DNA of 64,000 nucleotides. Source: Pseudonocardiaceae bacterium (GTDB lineage Bacteria > Actinomycetota > Actinomycetes > Mycobacteriales > Pseudonocardiaceae). Every line of letters starts with the position of its first letter. The first letter of the stretch is position 1. Below the pieces are notes generated by a model. The model did no database searches. It was not told the DNA's origin and worked only from the letters and a program-made list of their open reading frames with translations. The position numbers were made by a program, and so were the translations under genes. Of this stretch, positions 58,856 to 64,000 are shown in pieces. Location of the stretch: positions 24,163 to 88,162 of the forward strand of contig JBOHHE010000057.1 of NCBI GenBank assembly GCA_050700355.1. The letters are read 5' to 3'.

Positions 58856-59977
58856 ATGATTGAGTCGGTAGGTTTCTGCTCAACGCTGAAGGATCGCGGT
58901 TTCCGGCTGTTCGCAGCTGTTCCGTGCTCGTTCTTCAAAGGCGTCGTGAACGTCCTGCTCGACGATCCGGACGTCTACTATGTACCTGCCGCCAACGAGG
59001 GCGCCGCGCTGGCGGTCGCGGCGGGAGGAGCGCTGGCAGGCACCCGGTCGGTGGTGCTGTTACAGAACTCCGGGCTCGGCAATCTGATCAACCCGCTGGC
59101 TTCCCTTTCGATCCCGTTCGCGCTGCCGTGCCTGCTGATCGTCAGCTGGCGGGGATGCCCGGACCTGCCCGCCGACGAACCGCAGCACGCGGTCATGGGG
59201 GCCAGCACTCCGGCGCTGTTCCACGAGTTGGGGGTCAGCCACTGGACGCTGCCCGACGACCCCGACGAGCTCCCGTCCATCATGGACGCTGCAGATCGGG
59301 AGATGGACAAGACCGGTCGACCGGTCGCGCTGCTGCTGCGCAAGGGTGTGCTCTCCGATGGGCCGGGCCGGTACCCCGCTGCCACGAGCTACCCGCTGCG
59401 CCGGGGTGCGGTGCTGCGCCAGGTACTCGACCGGCTCACCGATGATGACGCGATCATCTCCACCACCGGGATCACCTCGCGGGAGCTGTTCGCCATCCGG
59501 GATCGCCCGGCCAACTTCTACATGCAGGGCTCCATGGGCCATGCCATCGCGATCGCGCTCGGTTGCGCGATCTCCCAGCCGGACCGGCGGTTCGTGGTGT
59601 TCGACGGGGATGGGGCGGCGCTGATGCATCTCGGCACACAGTCCACCGTGGGGGCCTGCGCACCACCGAATCTGGTGCACATCGTGGTGGACAACGAATC
59701 CTACGATTCCACCGGCGACCAGGACACCACGGCCGATCACACCGACCTCGCCGGCGTCGCCAGGGCCTGTGGCTACCGGCAGGTCCACCGCTGCACCGAC
59801 CGGGCATCCCTGCACACGGCCACCACAGCCGCGTTGAGCGGGCCAGGACCCACGTTTCTCCATGTGAAGGTCGCGCGCGAGCACGCAACGGCGCCACCGA
59901 GAGTGACTTCGGCGCGCTCGCCGACCGAGGTCGCCAGACGATTCACCGATCGCATCACCGAGGCGGAGGCGTCATGA
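58856..59977 (+). CDS. ppd: phosphonopyruvate decarboxylase (ThDP-dependent)
   Basis: The ATG at 58856 gives MIESVGFCSTLKDRGF...VPCSFF. ThDP motif FDGDGAALMHLG...VVDNESYDSTG. It lies 2 nt after the previous stop. Confidence 0.85.
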   Translation: MIESVGFCSTLKDRGFRLFAAVPCSFFKGVVNVLLDDPDVYYVPAANEGAALAVAAGGALAGTRSVVLLQNSGLGNLINPLASLSIPFALPCLLIVSWRGCPDLPADEPQHAVMGASTPALFHELGVSHWTLPDDPDELPSIMDAADREMDKTGRPVALLLRKGVLSDGPGRYPAATSYPLRRGAVLRQVLDRLTDDDAIISTTGITSRELFAIRDRPANFYMQGSMGHAIAIALGCAISQPDRRFVVFDGDGAALMHLGTQSTVGACAPPNLVHIVVDNESYDSTGDQDTTADHTDLAGVARACGYRQVHRCTDRASLHTATTAALSGPGPTFLHVKVAREHATAPPRVTSARSPTEVARRFTDRITEAEAS

Positions 59978-61368
59978 CTGACCGGAGCTACCGGAGCAGG
60001 ACCGGCGCGACATTTCGCGGAATAATCAACGACCTCAAACGCAACACCGAGTCCGCGGCAGCCGAACTCGGCGTCGAGCCCGAGCTGATCGACCGAATCA
60101 TCGCCGGGGAGATGGACGTTCCTGCCGAGCTGGTGCGCCGTGCGGTCAGCAGCTGGCCGGTCAACGAGCGCGACTTCTTCCCGATCCATGACGACGCCCC
60201 GGACGGCGTCATCGTGATGCGGGCCGACGAATCGGCCAAGACCAGCCGGGTCTTCCAGCGTGGCGGCACCGATTATTACGAGTACCGCGATACCGCGATG
60301 AGCCGAGTGGCGATGTTCCGACCGGAGTGGATCAAGATGCTTCAGCCGGTCACCGATGATGATCCAAACAACCCCGCGGTGCGCTGGAACAACGGTCATT
60401 TCCTGTACCAATTCACCTATTTCGTCGGAGCGGTGAACTATTACTACGAGTGGGAGGGCCGTCGCCACTGCGCGGTGATGAACACCGGGGACTCGGTGTC
60501 CGGGCTCCCCTATGCTCCGCACAGCTTCACCCGCCGCGGCGCCGAACCCGGATTGATCCTGGCGTTGACCTACGGTGGCCGGTTACTCGGCGACGCGCAA
60601 CACGAGATCGGTGCGCTGGGTCCCGAGCTCGCCCAGCAGTACGCCCCGGCGGCCGACGACGAGCTGTCGGCGTTCGCACATCTGCTGACCGAGCAGCTCG
60701 CCGACACCCTGCTGACGCCGGCTCAGCTGGCCGGCACCAGCGGGATGGCACCGCAGCGCGTTGCCGAGCTACTCGCTGGACGAGCCACGCCCTCGGCGGC
60801 GGAGGTTGACACGCTGGCCGAGGCGCTGCGGGTCAACTCCCGTGATCTCCTGCCGATGATCGGAACCGAACGTGACGGCGTGCAGATCATGCGCGGTGCC
60901 GCCGCGCAGACCTGGTTTGTGCCCGACGTGGACGCCCCGGCGTATCGGGTCAAGGCGCTGGCCGGCACCCGACTGTGTCCGAGCTCGCGGGCACTGGAGA
61001 TCGAGGTGCTCGGCTCCGATCCGGCCGCCGCTCACCAGCGCACCGGCCTGCACCAGTATTGCTACGTGCTCGGCCCCGACCCGGTCGATCTGGCTTGGGA
61101 GCACCGAGGAGAGCGATTCGGCGCACGGCTCGAACCGGGCGATTCGCTCTATCTCAAACCATTCGTACCGCACGGTTTCACCCGCTGCGGCGACGGCAGC
61201 GCCGCGGTACTCGCCCTGCGAATCGGCGGAAAGGTCTCCGGCGACGCCCGCCGGGAGGCCGCCGCGCTCGGCAGGGCGACTGTGCGGCGACTGGTGTCGG
61301 ACAACGGCCAGTGGTACGACCCATCGCGCACCAGCCCGACCAACGGGCAGAGACGAGGAAAACGATGA
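59974..61368 (+). CDS. 2-hydroxyethylphosphonate dioxygenase (HEPD) / methylphosphonate synthase family bi-cupin
   Basis: ATGA overlap with ppd. N-terminal HTH-like segment followed by two cupin halves. Candidate Fe site at H142, Q146 and H183. Confidence 0.75.
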   Translation: MTDRSYRSRTGATFRGIINDLKRNTESAAAELGVEPELIDRIIAGEMDVPAELVRRAVSSWPVNERDFFPIHDDAPDGVIVMRADESAKTSRVFQRGGTDYYEYRDTAMSRVAMFRPEWIKMLQPVTDDDPNNPAVRWNNGHFLYQFTYFVGAVNYYYEWEGRRHCAVMNTGDSVSGLPYAPHSFTRRGAEPGLILALTYGGRLLGDAQHEIGALGPELAQQYAPAADDELSAFAHLLTEQLADTLLTPAQLAGTSGMAPQRVAELLAGRATPSAAEVDTLAEALRVNSRDLLPMIGTERDGVQIMRGAAAQTWFVPDVDAPAYRVKALAGTRLCPSSRALEIEVLGSDPAAAHQRTGLHQYCYVLGPDPVDLAWEHRGERFGARLEPGDSLYLKPFVPHGFTRCGDGSAAVLALRIGGKVSGDARREAAALGRATVRRLVSDNGQWYDPSRTSPTNGQRRGKR

Positions 61369-62267
61369 TCAACAAGAGCGGCCGGCTACGCGAAATGCTC
61401 GAACATGGCGACATCGTCCAGGTTGCGGGCGCGCACGACGGAATGAGTGCGAAGCTGGTCGAGTCCAACGGCTTTTCCGCCGTCTGGGCCTCCGGTTTCG
61501 CGCTGTCCACCTGCCATGCGGTGCCCGACGCCAGCATCCTCACGATGACTGATTACCTGCATGCGGCACGAGTGATGAACTACGCGGTGGACATCCCGGT
61601 GATCGCCGACTGCGACACCGGGTTCGGCAACAGCCTCAACGTCAGCCACATGGTGAAGTACTACGAGCTCGCCGAGATCGCCGCGGTGTGCATCGAAGAC
61701 AAACGCTTTCCCAAACTGAACAGTTTCCTCGGCGGCGGCCAAGATCTCGAGCTGGCGGAGGATTTCGCCGATAAGATCGCCGTCGGCAAGCGGAGCCAGC
61801 GCGGAACGGACTTCGTGATCATCGCCAGGACCGAGGCGTTCATCGCCGGGTTCGACGTCAACGAGGCTCTGCGCCGCGCACACATCTACGCCGATGCCGG
61901 GGCAGATGCGATCCTGGTCCAGTCCAAGGCACGCACCCCGGAACAGGTCTTTACCTTCCTGCGGGGGTGGAATCAGCGGCTTCCGGTGGTGGTCGTGCCC
62001 ACCAGCTACCACCAGGTGACCGCGGACGAGCTCGCCGAAGCCGGCGCGCGCATGGTCATCTACGCCAACCAGGCCATTCGCGCCGGAGTGCGGGCGATGG
62101 ACGAAACACTGCGGGAGATCAGGACCAGCGGAACGACAACGCGGGTCGAGTCGCGGATCGCACCGATGAAGGAACTCTTCGAGCTGCAGGGAGTGCGCGA
62201 GCCGACCGCGCGAGAGGTCGGGAACGGCTACTACCCGGCTGAGCACGTCAGCAGAACCAGGCTGTGA
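61365..62267 (+). CDS. pepM: phosphoenolpyruvate mutase
   Basis: ATGA overlap with the upstream gene. PepM signature EDKRFPKLNS (EDK-X5-NS) and the DCDTGFG motif. Confidence 0.9.
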   Translation: MINKSGRLREMLEHGDIVQVAGAHDGMSAKLVESNGFSAVWASGFALSTCHAVPDASILTMTDYLHAARVMNYAVDIPVIADCDTGFGNSLNVSHMVKYYELAEIAAVCIEDKRFPKLNSFLGGGQDLELAEDFADKIAVGKRSQRGTDFVIIARTEAFIAGFDVNEALRRAHIYADAGADAILVQSKARTPEQVFTFLRGWNQRLPVVVVPTSYHQVTADELAEAGARMVIYANQAIRAGVRAMDETLREIRTSGTTTRVESRIAPMKELFELQGVREPTAREVGNGYYPAEHVSRTRL

Positions 62268-63424
62268 CGCCGACTGCCCCACGTGGCCGGATCGAGCGGC
62301 GGGCCGGGGCCGGAGTGATCCGCGAGCTGCCGGCGTTGCTGCGAGCCCGTGGGGTGCGCTCCTGTCTGCTCGTCACCGGCGGAAAGTCCTATGTCGACTC
62401 CGGGGCCGCGAGTGTCGAGCAGTTGCTCAACGGCATCGAGGTAACCCGCGTGGCCGGCATCCGGCCAGATCCCGACCTGGCCGACCTCACCCCCGGGGTG
62501 GCCCGGCTGCGGGCCGCCGGGGTCGACGCCGTCATCGGAATCGGCGGTGGCAGCGTCCTCGATTACGCCAAGGCGATAACCGCGCTGGCTCCCCAGGACC
62601 ATTCGCCGGAAGAGAGCTACACCAATGGGGTAAGGGCGCTGGTCAACGAACGAACCCACCTGCTGGTGCTGGTCCCGACCACCGCAGGCACCGGCAGCGA
62701 GGTCACCTCGATCGCCGTGCTGACTGTGCAGGGCCGCAAGCGATCACTGCACCACCCCCGGCTGCTCGCCGACATCGCCGTCATCGATCCGGCGCTCACC
62801 CTGTCGGTACCGCCGTGGATCACCGCGAGCACGGGCGCCGACGCACTCAGCCAGGCGATCGAGTCCTACTGGTCGATCAGCTCCACCGATCGATCGAGGC
62901 GTTACGCGCTGGAGTCGATGACGCTGGCCGCTGGCCACCTCCAACGCGCCACCGGCGACGGTGACCTGCCCGCCAGGATCGCGATGAGTCAGGCCGCGAC
63001 GCTGTCCGGGCTGGCCATCGACATCACCCAGACCACTGTGCCGCACGCGCTCTCCTATCTGCTCACCACCAGGTTCGGAGTACCGCATGGCCACGCCTGC
63101 GGAGTTTTCCTCCGGCCGGTGCTGGACTACAACGCCGGAGTCGGGCCCGCTGATGTCGCCGATCCCCGAGGGGTCCGGTTCGTTCTGGCCAGGATCCGGG
63201 AGATCACCAGCTGCCTGCGCGCCGCCGGCGCCGGTGATCACCCGGGGGCGATCGACGACCTGCTGCGTGGAGCCGGGCTCAGCATGGAACTCACCGGCTT
63301 CGGAGTCGCGGTGGCCGATGTCGACGCGCTGGTCGATGCTGCCATGGATTCGCCGAGAATGACCGCCAATCCCAGGTACGTCCCGCGCGAAGCACTGCGC
63401 GAACTGGTTCTCGCCCGGCTGTGA
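62264..63424 (+). CDS. iron-containing (group III) alcohol dehydrogenase, phosphonoacetaldehyde reductase candidate
   Basis: GTGA overlap with pepM. GIGGGSVLDYAK and PTTAGTGSE motifs. Confidence 0.8.
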   Translation: MTPTAPRGRIERRAGAGVIRELPALLRARGVRSCLLVTGGKSYVDSGAASVEQLLNGIEVTRVAGIRPDPDLADLTPGVARLRAAGVDAVIGIGGGSVLDYAKAITALAPQDHSPEESYTNGVRALVNERTHLLVLVPTTAGTGSEVTSIAVLTVQGRKRSLHHPRLLADIAVIDPALTLSVPPWITASTGADALSQAIESYWSISSTDRSRRYALESMTLAAGHLQRATGDGDLPARIAMSQAATLSGLAIDITQTTVPHALSYLLTTRFGVPHGHACGVFLRPVLDYNAGVGPADVADPRGVRFVLARIREITSCLRAAGAGDHPGAIDDLLRGAGLSMELTGFGVAVADVDALVDAAMDSPRMTANPRYVPREALRELVLARL

Positions 63425-63447
63425 GCCCGACCCGCGAAGGAGTGCTG

Positions 63448-64000
63448 ATGTCCCCGTCGATCGTCGTGTACACCGATCCCGCCTGGGCCGTGGCCGACGG
63501 GCGCCGCGTCGACCCCGACCGGGCGACCATTGAACGTGAGGTCTTCGGGAACACGGTCGACCTGCGATTCGGTCCGCTGAGCTCCGGGCGGTACGCGACT
63601 GAGGGCGCCGCCCTGCTCGACACGGTGACCGGTGCCTGCGCGCTCGGCGTGTACCGATGCCCGGTGACGCCCGAGCTGCTCGACGCCGCCGGTTCAACGC
63701 TGAAGGTGGTGGCCAGGCAGGGCGTCGGCACCGACAATCTCAACGTGCCGCTGCTCACCGAACGGGGGCTGATCGGTTTCAACGTCCCGGATTACTGCGT
63801 CGATGAGGTGGCCGTACACACCATCGCCATGGTGCTCTCCTGGGAGCGCGGCCTGATCGATCAGCACAACGACCTGGCCGGTGGGAGGTTCGACATCTAC
63901 CACGGATCGATCCCGCGACGGTTGAGCCGGCTGACGGCCGGCATCATCGGGCTCGGCCGGATCGGCAAGGCCGTCGCGCACCGGCTGCGCACCTTCTACC
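63448..64000 (+). CDS. D-isomer-specific 2-hydroxyacid dehydrogenase (PhpE-like candidate), 3' end outside window
   Basis: ATG preceded by gaaggag. The frame stays open to the window edge. GIIGLGRIGKAVA NAD-binding motif. Absent from the ORF track because no stop lies in the window. Confidence 0.8.
   Translation, partial: MSPSIVVYTDPAWAVADGRRVDPDRATIEREVFGNTVDLRFGPLSSGRYATEGAALLDTVTGACALGVYRCPVTPELLDAAGSTLKVVARQGVGTDNLNVPLLTERGLIGFNVPDYCVDEVAVHTIAMVLSWERGLIDQHNDLAGGRFDIYHGSIPRRLSRLTAGIIGLGRIGKAVAHRLRTFY

Overview
High-GC (hand counts about 70%) actinomycete chromosomal segment, almost entirely coding. From my memory of M. tuberculosis H37Rv, the housekeeping backbone follows the Rv3274c-Rv3306c gene order: fadE25-like, purE, purK, gtrA-like, then birA, accD5, accE5, maf, then accA3, glpD and an amiB1-like amidohydrolase. 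Four accessory blocks interrupt it. (i) A lower-GC island (12.9-17.4 kb) carries two D-Ala-D-Ala-ligase paralogues, a membrane-anchored MurF-like ligase and an alpha/beta hydrolase. (ii) A 1918-aa STAND protein (28.2-36.6 kb, with three small upstream genes) combines TIR, a degenerate metallophosphoesterase, NACHT, pentapeptide repeats and 15 WD40 repeats. (iii) Two MMPL transporters with unusual C-terminal fusions sit with VWA, PBP-like and PhoU-like genes (45.3-55.3 kb). (iv) A translationally coupled phosphonate biosynthetic operon runs off the right edge (55.6-64.0 kb): MFS exporter, cytidylyltransferase-like, archaeal-type PGM-like, Ppd, HEPD-like, PepM, Fe-ADH and 2-hydroxyacid dehydrogenase. 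A 22-bp interspersed tandem-repeat family occupies three intergenic sites. I recognised no rRNA, tRNA, CRISPR array, transposase or integrase. All functional calls come from reading motifs in the supplied translations; no database search was run.
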